64,000 nucleotides of DNA from Minisyncoccota bacterium (GTDB lineage: Bacteria; Patescibacteriota; Minisyncoccia; Phycocordibacterales; UBA9973), in the NCBI GenBank assembly GCA_035510575.1, contig DATKGV010000004.1:88419-152418 (forward strand), read 5' to 3'. The notes below the pieces were generated by a model. It was not told the DNA's origin, did no database searches, and saw only the letters and a program-made list of their open reading frames with translations. This document shows positions 18,516 to 28,730 of this stretch, piece after piece; positions within the stretch are counted from its first letter, which is position 1, and each line of letters starts with the position of its first letter. A program made the position numbers and the translations under genes.

Positions 18516-18821
18516 TTAGGACTTCTTAAGTTCTTTGCGGGCTTTTGTCGGAGATTTTTTTGAAAGGATATTTTTCTTTTTGCCTTCGATTAATTTCTTA
18601 TGCACTAGAAAATTATGGATCGTATCGGAAACTTGAGCGCCATTTTTCATCCAATGCGAAATACGGTCGATTTTGAATAATATTTCTCCAGTTTTAACGT
18701 TGTATGAACCGAGAATTTCTTTAAATTTTCCGCTTTTTGTTGAATTTTTTGAATCAGTCAAAACAACCCGGAAAGCCGGATCATTCTTGCGGCCTATTCG
18801 CTGCAGTCGTATCATTAACAT
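18516..18821 (-). CDS. rpsP: 30S ribosomal protein S16
   Basis: MLMIRLQRIGRKNDPAFRVVLTDSKN... matches bS16. Confidence 0.9.
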   Translation of the reverse strand: MLMIRLQRIGRKNDPAFRVVLTDSKNSTKSGKFKEILGSYNVKTGEILFKIDRISHWMKNGAQVSDTIHNFLVHKKLIEGKKKNILSKKSPTKARKELKKS

Positions 18822-18937
18822 AGCGCCATCCTAACATAAAGCCATAAATCAATCAAGTTTTATGCTATACTCTCTATGTGAAGAATCACAAAAAACATAT
18901 AAATTTTAGGCATGATGCAAAGCAAAACAGCCGATAT

Positions 18938-20833
18938 ATGGAAGGCATAATTGGCATATCCAATAAGGGATTTGGAACCGTCAGAATTAAAAACAGCGAT
19001 GAAACAATAGAAATTGATCATAGTTTTCTGCGCACTGCCTGCCATGGCGACACGGTGAAAATACTTCTTCACCCAAAAAAACAAAATAACGGCGAAACCG
19101 GCGAAGTTTCTGAAATAATCAGAAGATCAAAAAAAGGATATTCAGGAATTATTGGCAATAAGAACGGCATATATTTTCTAATGCCCAGCGATTTGAAAAT
19201 GTATTCGGATATTATCATTCCAGAGAACAAATTAAATGGCGCCAAAATTGGACAGAAGGTCTTCGCGTCTATTACTGACTGGGCTGATGCAAAAGTTGCG
19301 CCGATTGGAGAAGTAATAAAAATTCTCGGCAGACCGATGGATAATAATGTGGAAATGGAAGCCATCGCCCTTGAGAAAGGTTTTGATTCAATCTTCCCTA
19401 TTCAAGTTTTGAAAGAAGCTCAAAAAATATCTGAAGATGGAATAAAAGGTAAAGATATGGAAAATCGCCGTGATATGAGAGGAGTGGCGACATTCACTAT
19501 TGATCCAGAAGATGCTAAAGATTTTGACGATGCTTTATCGTTTAAAAAGCTTCCAAACAGCCGTTATGAGATTGGTATTCATATTGCTGATGTTTCATAT
19601 TATGTAAAATTAAATACTGTCTTGGATCAAGAAGCTCGACTTCGGGGCACGTCTGTTTATCTAGTGGATCGCACAATTTCAATGCTGCCCGAAGAGCTTT
19701 CAAATGATCTCTGCAGTTTAAAGCCCAATGCTGATCGGCTGACATTTTCAGCCATTTTTGAGATTGACGAGTATGGGAAAGTTTGGAGCGGTTGGTTCGG
19801 CAGAACAATTATCAGATCCGATAAGCGCTTCACCTATGAAGGCGCCCAGAAAATTCTTGACGATAAAAAGGGCGAATTCTTCGAAGAACTTAATATACTA
19901 AACAGCATCGCAAAGAAACTTTTAAAAAAGCGCTTTGATGAAGGAGCCATATCGCTTGAGCAGGATGAAGTCAAATTCAAACTGGACGAAAAGGGCGTTC
20001 CTATTTCCGTTTATGTAAAGGTGCGCGGCGATACACATAAGCTGATTGAAGAATTCATGCTATTGGCCAATCGCAAGGTTGCGGAGGCATTGTCTCATGA
20101 AGATAAAAATAAGCAGAATATATCTCTTTATAGAATACATGATCTGCCTAATAAAGAAAAAATGAGGGACTTGGCGAATTTTTTCAAAAAATTGGGATAT
20201 AACGTAAAGCTTGCGAATGGCATTATTCCATCGGAAGAAATAAATGCGCTCGTTGCAAAATTTGAAAATAGCCCTATGCGCGATACTATCAGCACCGCTA
20301 TCGTTAGAACTATGGCCAAGGCGGCTTATTCGACAAAAAATATCGGGCATTATGGATTGGGTTTTGAGTTTTATACCCATTTCACTTCGCCAATTCGCAG
20401 ATATCCGGATATAATCGTTCATCGAATGCTTGCAGATTTCCTCAAGGGAAAAATAATACCCAAAGAGCATTGGGCGCTATACGAAGAGATGGCGTTGGAA
20501 GCGTCAAATCGCGAGAAGGAAGCTGCCGAAGCCGAGCGCGCGTCCATTAAATATAAGCAAGTGGAATATATGGGGAGCCGCATTGGAGAAAAATATGACG
20601 GTATGATTACAGGCGTCACCGAATGGGGGCTTTATATTGAAGATAACAAAACAAAATGCGAGGGCATGGTTAAAGTGCGCGATTTGAAAGATGATTATTA
20701 TGTTTTTGATAAAAAGAATATGAGCATAACCGGCAAGAAGACGCATAAAAGATATACATTAGGAAATAAAGTCAGATTTGAAGTTATAGGCGCCGATATG
20801 AATAAAAAGACGATAGATTATGCTTTGGTATGA
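18938..20833 (+). CDS. rnr: Ribonuclease R (RNB-family 3'-5' exoribonuclease)
   Basis: RNB motif TIDPEDAKDFDDALS. C-terminal S1-like block EKYDGMITGVTEWGLYIE. The track ORF starts at 18878, only 56 nt from the divergent rpsP start. The Met at 18938 (MEGIIGISNKGFGTV) is the more likely start. Confidence 0.88.
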   Translation: MEGIIGISNKGFGTVRIKNSDETIEIDHSFLRTACHGDTVKILLHPKKQNNGETGEVSEIIRRSKKGYSGIIGNKNGIYFLMPSDLKMYSDIIIPENKLNGAKIGQKVFASITDWADAKVAPIGEVIKILGRPMDNNVEMEAIALEKGFDSIFPIQVLKEAQKISEDGIKGKDMENRRDMRGVATFTIDPEDAKDFDDALSFKKLPNSRYEIGIHIADVSYYVKLNTVLDQEARLRGTSVYLVDRTISMLPEELSNDLCSLKPNADRLTFSAIFEIDEYGKVWSGWFGRTIIRSDKRFTYEGAQKILDDKKGEFFEELNILNSIAKKLLKKRFDEGAISLEQDEVKFKLDEKGVPISVYVKVRGDTHKLIEEFMLLANRKVAEALSHEDKNKQNISLYRIHDLPNKEKMRDLANFFKKLGYNVKLANGIIPSEEINALVAKFENSPMRDTISTAIVRTMAKAAYSTKNIGHYGLGFEFYTHFTSPIRRYPDIIVHRMLADFLKGKIIPKEHWALYEEMALEASNREKEAAEAERASIKYKQVEYMGSRIGEKYDGMITGVTEWGLYIEDNKTKCEGMVKVRDLKDDYYVFDKKNMSITGKKTHKRYTLGNKVRFEVIGADMNKKTIDYALV

Positions 20834-22491
20834 ATAAGAAATATATATTTATATGCCTGATAATTATAGCTTCCATAGCGGGATCGCTGACAGGCCTTGC
20901 AGTTGCTAAAAAATTAATAAATATAAAAGAAAATAATTTAACGGCGCAAGTTTTAGAAAATACAAATATTACACCGGTACAACAAATACCGGACACTACC
21001 CTATTTTTTGTCGGAGACATGATGCTTGATCGGAGCGTAAAATCATCCGTTATTAAAAATTTCAATGGAGATTACAGCAAGCTTTTTACAAATCTTGAAG
21101 ATTTAAAATCCGCCGACATACTATTTGCCAATCTTGAAGGCGATGTATCAGATGTTGGCAATAATGTGGGGAGCATTTATTCATTCCGCATGGATCCAAA
21201 AGTTTTGCCTGCAATTAAAGATGCCGGTTTTGATATTGTCTCATTTGCCAATAATCATGCCGGTGATTGGAATATAAAAGCATTTAAAGATACCTTATTG
21301 CGACTGCAAGATATAGGCATATTAGAAACCGGAGCAGGCATGACAGAAGCCGAAGCGGAAGCGCCGGCTATTATAGAAAAAAATGGTGTAAAATTCGGCT
21401 TTATCGGATTCTCCGATGTCGGACCAGATTGGCTTGCTGCGAAAGATAATGCTCCTGGTATATTGCTTGCAAGCGATCCAAACTTGCCTGACATAATTAA
21501 AAATGCAAAAGCGAACTGCGATGTGCTTATTGTATCATTCCACTGGGGCATAGAATATAAGACAATTCATAATAAACGGCAAGAAACTTTGGCTCATACT
21601 GCTATAGATAACGGCGCGGATATGGTAATAGGCAGCCATCCTCATGTCATGGAAGATATAGAGACCTATAATAATCGTCCGATAGTGTATTCGCTGGGCA
21701 ATTTTATTTTTGATCAATCTTTCTCAAAAGATACTATGCACGGCATGCTTTTTGAAGCTGTTTTTTCTGGTAATAAATTAAAAAGTACAACACAAAAGAT
21801 AATAGAATTAAATGAATTCTACCAGCCGGAAGGCATATTTGACTGGCAAGATCAAATTACAAACAAACCAGAAACACAGAAAATTTTTTCATGCCCGAAA
21901 CCGACAAAAGAATATGAAGATGAAACTTATTTAAATATAGATCAAACAGTCAACCTTCCCGATGCTTCATATATTCCGTCTGATTTGGAAAAATTGCCTA
22001 AAAATATTTCAACTTCAAATATATGCCTTATAAAGGAAGCCAAAGACGCGCTTGAAGATATGCTTGAAGCTGCAAGCGAAGCCGGTTACACAATAGTGGC
22101 TTCTTCAGGATTCCGCGATTATGATACGCAAAAAGGCATATTTGATAATGATTTAAAAACAAAAAATATAGATGTTTCTAATTCAGTCGCCAAACCGGGG
22201 TTTTCCGAACACCAGCTGGGTGTGGCAGTAGATCTGACAAGCAAATCGATAGCATATGCATCGGCGAGCGGTAAGTTTGAAAATACAAATGAGGCGAAAT
22301 GGCTGGAAGCTAACGCATATCTGTATGGATTTATTCAAAGCTATCCAAAAGGCAAGGAAGATATTACCGGCTATATGTATGAACCGTGGCACTATCGCTA
22401 TGTCGGCGTAGAAAATGCTTTGGAGATAATAAAAACCGGAGAAACTGTAAATCAGTTTTTGAAAGACAAAATAGATCAGGAAACTCTTTAA
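20830..22491 (+). CDS. Membrane-anchored fusion: CapA/PGA-capsule-synthesis-like metallophosphatase plus VanY-type D-Ala-D-Ala carboxypeptidase (M15B)
   Basis: N-terminal TM. CapA-like blocks (FFVGDMMLDRSV, FANLEGDVSD, HWGIEY). C-terminal LAS/VanY motifs (SGFRDYDTQ, SEHQLGVAVDL, EPWHYRYVG). Confidence 0.7.
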   Translation: MNKKYIFICLIIIASIAGSLTGLAVAKKLINIKENNLTAQVLENTNITPVQQIPDTTLFFVGDMMLDRSVKSSVIKNFNGDYSKLFTNLEDLKSADILFANLEGDVSDVGNNVGSIYSFRMDPKVLPAIKDAGFDIVSFANNHAGDWNIKAFKDTLLRLQDIGILETGAGMTEAEAEAPAIIEKNGVKFGFIGFSDVGPDWLAAKDNAPGILLASDPNLPDIIKNAKANCDVLIVSFHWGIEYKTIHNKRQETLAHTAIDNGADMVIGSHPHVMEDIETYNNRPIVYSLGNFIFDQSFSKDTMHGMLFEAVFSGNKLKSTTQKIIELNEFYQPEGIFDWQDQITNKPETQKIFSCPKPTKEYEDETYLNIDQTVNLPDASYIPSDLEKLPKNISTSNICLIKEAKDALEDMLEAASEAGYTIVASSGFRDYDTQKGIFDNDLKTKNIDVSNSVAKPGFSEHQLGVAVDLTSKSIAYASASGKFENTNEAKWLEANAYLYGFIQSYPKGKEDITGYMYEPWHYRYVGVENALEIIKTGETVNQFLKDKIDQETL

Positions 22492-22503
22492 ATATTAAGT
22501 TTT

Positions 22504-23568
22504 TTATTTCTTATATATGGCCGAACTATTAGTTGGATAGTTATACAAGTAGGTTTTATTATTCCCAGTCATAACCTTGCCGGTGCTATCTGACCAGCTA
22601 AAATTGGAACTGTCTCCCAAGGATGCGGCTAGCGAAGCGGCGCCTGTTTTATTTATTGAAGCGATGCTGATATAAACTTTAAATGTCTGAGATTTTCCGG
22701 CTGTCAATGCATACCCTTTAGAAAAACTAATTACTGGATTTCCTGAAGTGACAGAGGTGTTGGTTGTAGCAACAACACTGTTACTGCTATCTTTTACAAT
22801 AATGGAAGAATTGCTTAAAGTAGCACCGATGACAGAGAGTTTTATAGGCAAAGAATTAAGTTTAATACTTCCGTGCGTATCAGCAGTAACAGTCGCATCA
22901 ATAACTTCATTGGAACCGACTGCCAAAACGGAGTTGCCGGATTGAGATACAGTGATAGCCGGTTTTGAATTAACCAGCATCATCATCGGCGCGGAGATAG
23001 AAGGAGTGATTGCAGTTATAATATTGCTGCCAGCATAATTATTGCCAGATTTAGCAGTAGCCCAGTACTTGACATAAGTTAGGGCAATTTGAGAAGTCGA
23101 ATTTGAAGCAACGCCACCTGAGCCGACTGCAGGATAAGAAACGTAAACGTCGACATTTAAATTAGAACTGCCAGCAGGAACAGTCAAACTAAGACCGGCA
23201 AGATAGGCCACGCCGCTGATAACAGGAGCGGATATGCCGCCTACTTTGACGCTTGTCGCATTAGTTGCGGAGAATTTAAGCTCTTTAATGCCGGCAATTG
23301 TGCAGCCATTATTGCCGAAAGTGAATTTATAAGTAAATTTTGCCGCATCGGCAATCCCAGTACTGCCAGCAGCTATATATTGCCCGGCTGTTGTTGATGA
23401 TGCAACAAGCACAGGAGTATTAAGATTGCTGCAAGTAACAGTCGTCGCTGAAGCGCCAAGATTCGACGGCTCCACAACTGAACTGCGACTATTAAATATG
23501 CTGCGGAAAGTTTGATACGAAAGCAATATTACAATAACAATAAGAACAGGAATAATATATTTTTTCAT
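22504..23568 (-). CDS. Secreted Ser/Thr-rich protein of unknown function
   Basis: N-terminal signal/anchor MKKYIIPVLIVIVILLS. Low-complexity S/T/N-rich body. No recognisable catalytic motif. Confidence 0.5.
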   Translation of the reverse strand: MKKYIIPVLIVIVILLSYQTFRSIFNSRSSVVEPSNLGASATTVTCSNLNTPVLVASSTTAGQYIAAGSTGIADAAKFTYKFTFGNNGCTIAGIKELKFSATNATSVKVGGISAPVISGVAYLAGLSLTVPAGSSNLNVDVYVSYPAVGSGGVASNSTSQIALTYVKYWATAKSGNNYAGSNIITAITPSISAPMMMLVNSKPAITVSQSGNSVLAVGSNEVIDATVTADTHGSIKLNSLPIKLSVIGATLSNSSIIVKDSSNSVVATTNTSVTSGNPVISFSKGYALTAGKSQTFKVYISIASINKTGAASLAASLGDSSNFSWSDSTGKVMTGNNKTYLYNYPTNSSAIYKK

Positions 23569-23632
23569 AATTTTTTAGTTAAATTTTTAATAATTGTAAT
23601 TATACCTCTCATTGCGTTATATGGCAAGCCAT

Positions 23633-25927
23633 TTACTTAGCGTACGCGCTTGCATCTTCAAGGTGAATTGAGAAAAGCTTGGAAGCGCCTTCGGCGCCCA
23701 TCGTTACGCCGTAAAGCACATTGGCTCGCGACATGGTCTCGCGATTATGAGTTACAACTATGAGTTGTGAAAATTTCGACAAATTCAGGAGCATATCCCC
23801 ATACTTGCGGGAATTCGATTCATCAAGCGCGGCATCCGTCTCATCAAGCACTAAAAATGGCGGCGGATTAACTTGGGAAATGGCAAAAAGAAGCGCAATT
23901 GACGTGAGCGATCGCTCGCCGCCGGAGAGCATATGCAGATCTTTTACTTTTTTCTTCGGCAAAGTCACATTAATCTCAATTCCCCTCTCAAATTCCAATT
24001 CCGTCTCTTCTTGTCCCAGTTCATCTGCGTCATTTGATTCGCCATCTTCTGAAATAGATTCATCTCTGTCAGATAGCATATTTCTCGGACGCTTATGTTC
24101 CATAGTAATCGAGATAAATGCCGAACCGCCGCCGAACATAAGAGAGAATAAATTCTGAAATTGCTTGTTAATTTTAGCCACTCCGTCCTTAAATTCCGCG
24201 TCCAGCTTTTCTTTTAATTCCTGTATGAGCAATTTGAGAGAGTCAATGCTTTTATTCAAATCGTCAATTTCTTTAGCAAGAAATTTATCACGCTCTTCCG
24301 CATCTTCATATTCCTTCATCACATCGGAGCCGCTGCCGCTGCCTGCATCTTCAAGCTTGATTTTTATGCGCTCAATTTTGCGCCGAAGCTCATCCATAAA
24401 TGAGCGCGATATTTCATTGCCCGCTTCAAGACGCGCATACGATGCAACTTCGCGGCCTACAAATCCTGCCGCTTCGGATAATTCTATTTCAAAAGAATTT
24501 TTAATTAGCGCCAAATTTTCCTCTTCAAAATGGAGCCCTTTCATATCAGCATCTACTTTATTCTTTTCATTAAGGAGCTCATAAAACAGCCGCTCGTTAT
24601 TACGCAGAGCTGATTGAGATTCCTGCTCTTTTTGCTTAAGATTCCCTATTATTTTTACAATATCAAGTTCTTCTTCTTTTATTTTTTTTAAATCAGATGT
24701 TATGCCATTTTTCGCATTCTGCATTTCCATATATTCTTTATTTTCATTCAGGGAAAGTTTTTTATTGTCAATCATCTCGGATTTCGGCAAAAATTCCGAG
24801 AGTTTGGATTTCATATTTCTAAGAATCCTCCCTATATTCGGCAAATCCGTCGATGCGATGGCCTCGTCAATGCGCGATTCAAGATCTTTCATGAATGATT
24901 TCCATTCAGATTCAGATATTACACGCTCTTTTTTTAGGGATATATTTGCAAATTGCCGTTCTAATCCCTCTATAATTCCCTCAATACGGCCAAGAGAGCG
25001 CGCCAAATCGTCTTTCTTTTCGCGGATTAAAGATAAATCATTATCATAGCTCTTTATTTGTTTTTCATGCTCGCTTTCAATTGCATTTTCATTTTTCTTC
25101 CTCTGCAACGATGAAATTTTCTCATCAAGCGAAAGTCCCTGTTCTAGAAGCGCGCTGCGCAAGCCGGCCAGGCGCTTAGTTTCATTATTTATATATGTCG
25201 ATTCATTTGAAAAATATGTCTTATAAAGATCCTTAAGTTCTTCCCGCATTAAGCGCGATTTTTCTATGACTTGGACTTGTTTTTTTAGAAATGCCAAATG
25301 CGGGGCGATTTCTCGGCGCTGCATCTGCGCTTCTTTCATATTTAGAAGGGTTTTATCAATCTTGCGTTCAGATTCGCGAATCCTATATTGGTAAATTTTC
25401 AACCCGAGAGCATCCTCAATCATGGCGCGCCTGTCTTTATTGGAAGCGTTGAGAACGTGGTCGGATTCGCCCTGCGAGATGATATGGTGGCCTGAGCTCC
25501 CGATATTCACCGATGCAAGCAGGTCGACAATATCTTTTAACCGCACTTCAGTGCCATTGATACTGTAGCGATTTATCCCATCGGAAAAAACTTCGCGGCC
25601 TATGACTATTTCATCATAATCAAGAGGTATGCCGAGCCCGCTATTCGTAAATGAAAAAATTTTCCGGCTATTGTCAAAGGTAATCGACACCAGAGCGCGA
25701 TTGGCGGAAGGCAAAGTTTTCGATCCCTTGAAGATAAGATCAACTCCGCCTTTGCCGCGAAGTGATTTCATGGATTGCTCGCCAAGGACAAAACGAATAG
25801 CCTCGACAATATTGGATTTGCCGGATCCGTTTGGCCCGACAATGGCGGTGATGGGCGCCGCAAACATGACGGAACTTTTCCGGCCGAACGATTTAAACGA
25901 CGCAAGCTCGATATTTTTCAAAGTCAT
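23633..25927 (-). CDS. smc: Short SMC-family chromosome partition ATPase
   Basis: Walker A GPNGSGKSN. C-terminal signature LSGGERSLTSIALLFA plus Walker B LVLDETDAALD. Coiled-coil middle. Sits in the rnc-smc synteny. Only 764 aa. Confidence 0.75.
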   Translation of the reverse strand: MTLKNIELASFKSFGRKSSVMFAAPITAIVGPNGSGKSNIVEAIRFVLGEQSMKSLRGKGGVDLIFKGSKTLPSANRALVSITFDNSRKIFSFTNSGLGIPLDYDEIVIGREVFSDGINRYSINGTEVRLKDIVDLLASVNIGSSGHHIISQGESDHVLNASNKDRRAMIEDALGLKIYQYRIRESERKIDKTLLNMKEAQMQRREIAPHLAFLKKQVQVIEKSRLMREELKDLYKTYFSNESTYINNETKRLAGLRSALLEQGLSLDEKISSLQRKKNENAIESEHEKQIKSYDNDLSLIREKKDDLARSLGRIEGIIEGLERQFANISLKKERVISESEWKSFMKDLESRIDEAIASTDLPNIGRILRNMKSKLSEFLPKSEMIDNKKLSLNENKEYMEMQNAKNGITSDLKKIKEEELDIVKIIGNLKQKEQESQSALRNNERLFYELLNEKNKVDADMKGLHFEEENLALIKNSFEIELSEAAGFVGREVASYARLEAGNEISRSFMDELRRKIERIKIKLEDAGSGSGSDVMKEYEDAEERDKFLAKEIDDLNKSIDSLKLLIQELKEKLDAEFKDGVAKINKQFQNLFSLMFGGGSAFISITMEHKRPRNMLSDRDESISEDGESNDADELGQEETELEFERGIEINVTLPKKKVKDLHMLSGGERSLTSIALLFAISQVNPPPFLVLDETDAALDESNSRKYGDMLLNLSKFSQLIVVTHNRETMSRANVLYGVTMGAEGASKLFSIHLEDASAYAK

Positions 25928-25928
25928 A

Positions 25929-26627
25929 TTATTTTTCCAGCCAATCTTTAACTTCTAATGCAAGCTTGGCCGCTTCCTGCTCGGCTTCCTGCTTGCTGTG
26001 GCCTTTGCCCTCCGCAATGCGATCATCGCCGAAGAATATGCCGACGGTAAAATGCTTATCATGATCAGGGCCGGACTCGTTTAAAACTTTGTATGAAGGA
26101 GTTATATTCAAATATTCCTGGGATTTTTCCTGAATCAAGCTCTTGGCATCGCGCCACAGCTTCTTGGAAACAATAGTATCGACTTTGACAAGCAATGTGC
26201 GCGATATGAATTGCAAGGCCTTTTCATATCCTTGATCCAAATATACCGCTCCGACATAGGATTCGTAAGTATTGGCCAAGATATAGCTGCGAGCTTTGCC
26301 GATATCTTTGGCTTCGCCTTTTGAAAGAAGCAGGTAATCGTTCATTCCGAGAGATAAAGCTACTTCGCCGATAATAACGGCATTAACAAGAGCTGACCTA
26401 TAAGCGGTCAAGTCGCCTTCGTCGCGATCAGGATATTTTTTATACAGATAATCGGTGACGATGAGTTCAAGCACTGCGTCGCCTAAGAATTCCAAACGTT
26501 CATTGTGCGACAGCTTTGAATCGTTATTTTCATTTATATAGGAACGATGAATAAACGCCTGTTCGAGCAGTTTTTTGTTTTTAAAAAAAATATTTGTCTT
26601 GTTTTCGAATTCAGAAAAATCAATCAT
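25929..26627 (-). CDS. rnc: Ribonuclease III
   Basis: Signature ERLEFLGDAVLEL. C-terminal dsRBD-like region. Confidence 0.9.
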   Translation of the reverse strand: MIDFSEFENKTNIFFKNKKLLEQAFIHRSYINENNDSKLSHNERLEFLGDAVLELIVTDYLYKKYPDRDEGDLTAYRSALVNAVIIGEVALSLGMNDYLLLSKGEAKDIGKARSYILANTYESYVGAVYLDQGYEKALQFISRTLLVKVDTIVSKKLWRDAKSLIQEKSQEYLNITPSYKVLNESGPDHDKHFTVGIFFGDDRIAEGKGHSKQEAEQEAAKLALEVKDWLEK

Positions 26628-26633
26628 AAAAAA

Positions 26634-27593
26634 TTAATTCGCTTTTTTTGTAAGAATCTCTATCGCTTTAGTTAAAAGAGGTACCATGTTGTCATACATT
26701 TTAAGATTCGGAATTTCTTCAAGCGCAAACCATCTTGCGTCATCCAATCCTCCAGTGCCTTTTTCAAGGACAATATTTGCATACGGAGATTCGCCGAGAA
26801 AGAATACGACTTGCTTGCGAATTTTCCCTTTTTCCGGATGCGAGGCTATATATTCATTGCGTCCAAGCAATTCTTTTATTTTAATATCAAGGCCCATTTC
26901 TTCCTTTATCTCGCGAATGGCGCCTTGTTCTTCATTTTCATTTTCTTCAATGCTTCCTTTAGAAAGAGTCCAGTAGCCAAACACGTCATGAACGAAGGCG
27001 AAATAAATTTGGCTGTTTTCTATCGCATAAACGACGGCGCCGGCTTTTTTCTCTATCGGGAATTTAGCGGGATCAGTTTCAAAATGCTTGTTCTTCCTGC
27101 TGACATCATTCTTGCCTGGCTCGCCTATTTCCTTATAGACCCCGCCCAGAACTCCGTTTATGAATTTGCTGGAGTTTTCCCCGCCGAAACTCTTGGCAAG
27201 CTCGATTGATTCGTTGATTGCCACTTTGGGCGGCACTTCCTTATGATCGCCGAACAATAATTCATATAATCCTATACGCAGAATATTGCGGTCCACTATT
27301 GATATCTTATCAATCGGCCAATCCGGAGCGGCTTTCTCGATGATTTCATCGATAATCGGCTTTTTCTTTATAATGCCGAGAAAAAGCTCCTGCATAAATT
27401 GCGAGTCGTCAAGCCCCGGTCCGAATTCTAGAATGTTGCGATTAAGCATCTCTTTTGGATTCATTTCATTATTCAATGAAAAATCCCACTCAAAGAGCGT
27501 CTGAAGAACAATTGAACGTGAAAGGTGCCTGTTTGCCATAAAAAATCTAGAAAATAAAATCTTGAAATGTTTCTTGTATAAGAAACATTTCAA
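26634..27593 (-). CDS. nusB: NusB-like antitermination domain fused to a NUDIX hydrolase
   Basis: N-terminal NusB blocks (RHLSRSIVLQTLFEWDF...ILRIGLYELLF...FINGVLGGV). C-terminal Nudix box GSIEENENEEQGAIREIKEEMGL. Confidence 0.75.
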   Translation of the reverse strand: MKCFLYKKHFKILFSRFFMANRHLSRSIVLQTLFEWDFSLNNEMNPKEMLNRNILEFGPGLDDSQFMQELFLGIIKKKPIIDEIIEKAAPDWPIDKISIVDRNILRIGLYELLFGDHKEVPPKVAINESIELAKSFGGENSSKFINGVLGGVYKEIGEPGKNDVSRKNKHFETDPAKFPIEKKAGAVVYAIENSQIYFAFVHDVFGYWTLSKGSIEENENEEQGAIREIKEEMGLDIKIKELLGRNEYIASHPEKGKIRKQVVFFLGESPYANIVLEKGTGGLDDARWFALEEIPNLKMYDNMVPLLTKAIEILTKKAN

Positions 27594-27597
27594 GATT

Positions 27598-27807
27598 TTA
27601 TTTTTTCTTTTTAGCTTGCTTCTTCTCTACTTTCTTTACCACATCTATAACCTTGCGCCCGTTGTAAAAACCGCAATTTTTGCAAATTATATGAGTTTCC
27701 TTTGCTCCCTTGCAATTTGAACACGTGGCAAAAACCTTGGCTTTCAAGGCATGATGTGATCGGCGGTTCCCCGTATGAGCTCGCGTATGTCGCATTCGTA
27801 CTACCAT
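27598..27807 (-). CDS. rpmF: 50S ribosomal protein L32
   Basis: RMRHTRAHTGNRRSHHAL N-terminal block plus a CxxC...CxxC zinc ribbon. Confidence 0.7.
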   Translation of the reverse strand: MVVRMRHTRAHTGNRRSHHALKAKVFATCSNCKGAKETHIICKNCGFYNGRKVIDVVKKVEKKQAKKKK

Positions 27808-27846
27808 AATTATCAGTATACTAATTTTTATATAAAATGCAAATAA

Positions 27847-27884
27847 AAAGACACCTTACTATTGTTTAAGTAGTAGGTGTCTTT
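27847..27884 (-). terminator. Rho-independent terminator after the hypothetical gene
   Basis: Stem of about 14 bp, AAAGACACCT(T)ACTA...TAGTAGGTGTCTTT. On the minus strand it is followed by a U-rich tract (27821..27846). Confidence 0.55.
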
Positions 27885-27889
27885 AAATT

Positions 27890-28624
27890 TTATTTGTTAG
27901 CAGTTAAAAACTTATTTAACTTGAAAGCATTCGGATGAAATCCTAATCTAATAGTTTGGGCTAATCCTTCCTGGAATTTTGATTGATGACCATTAAACAA
28001 ACTACTTGCTGTATGTTCATCAATATACTCCCAAAATGACTCCAAAACTTTTGGATCAGTTAAACTTTTGTAATAAATTGGAGCTTCTACTTCCACTGAA
28101 GTAAATCCAATTTTATGATGACCCTTACTGTCCGAAGGAGCTGAGGAGATATAAAAGTTACCCATTTTAGATGCATCTGTTTCTTCTCGAAGTTCATGCT
28201 TAACTGTATTTAAGTGGGTATTCTTTAAAATTTCCTTAAACTCTTCTGTCTTTAATGATTTACAATTTTGTAATTTTTTATGTAATTCAGCTGTAAATTC
28301 ATTAAAATACCTATTACGCAAATCCTGATCTTGAGTTGATTTATCAAGGAATTCATATCCTTTATTAAGATTCTCAGCTTCATAAGTAAGAAATACTAAA
28401 TCTCTGTGATCATCATTTTGTTCTAAAAATGAATTAATAGCAAGTAATAAATCTGCAACTCTGAATTTTCCTGCAGGTAATCTTTTTGATGGTTTTTCAA
28501 ATTCATTCTGGTATTTAACAAGAAGAATCTTTGGGTCCTCATTCAAATTAAAAGCTGCAATAGATACAGCATAATTGAGGGTATTTGGATCCTCAACTAA
28601 CGGAATAAAATCTTTGCTTTCCAT
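27890..28624 (-). CDS. Hypothetical protein (compositionally distinct, AT3-rich codons)
   Basis: 244-aa ORF with no confident motif; there is a weak, degenerate Nudix-like segment GKFRVADLLLAINSFLEQ. Its codon usage (tta, aga, third-position A/T) differs from the neighbouring core genes. Confidence 0.5.
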   Translation of the reverse strand: MESKDFIPLVEDPNTLNYAVSIAAFNLNEDPKILLVKYQNEFEKPSKRLPAGKFRVADLLLAINSFLEQNDDHRDLVFLTYEAENLNKGYEFLDKSTQDQDLRNRYFNEFTAELHKKLQNCKSLKTEEFKEILKNTHLNTVKHELREETDASKMGNFYISSAPSDSKGHHKIGFTSVEVEAPIYYKSLTDPKVLESFWEYIDEHTASSLFNGHQSKFQEGLAQTIRLGFHPNAFKLNKFLTANK

Positions 28625-28730
28625 ATTATTTATATTTTAAAATTATTTGGTAAAATAGTAACATATTTAATATAATAAGTCAATAAGCCAAAAACCTAAC
28701 AAATATAAGCTTTTATGCTATTATAGAGAA

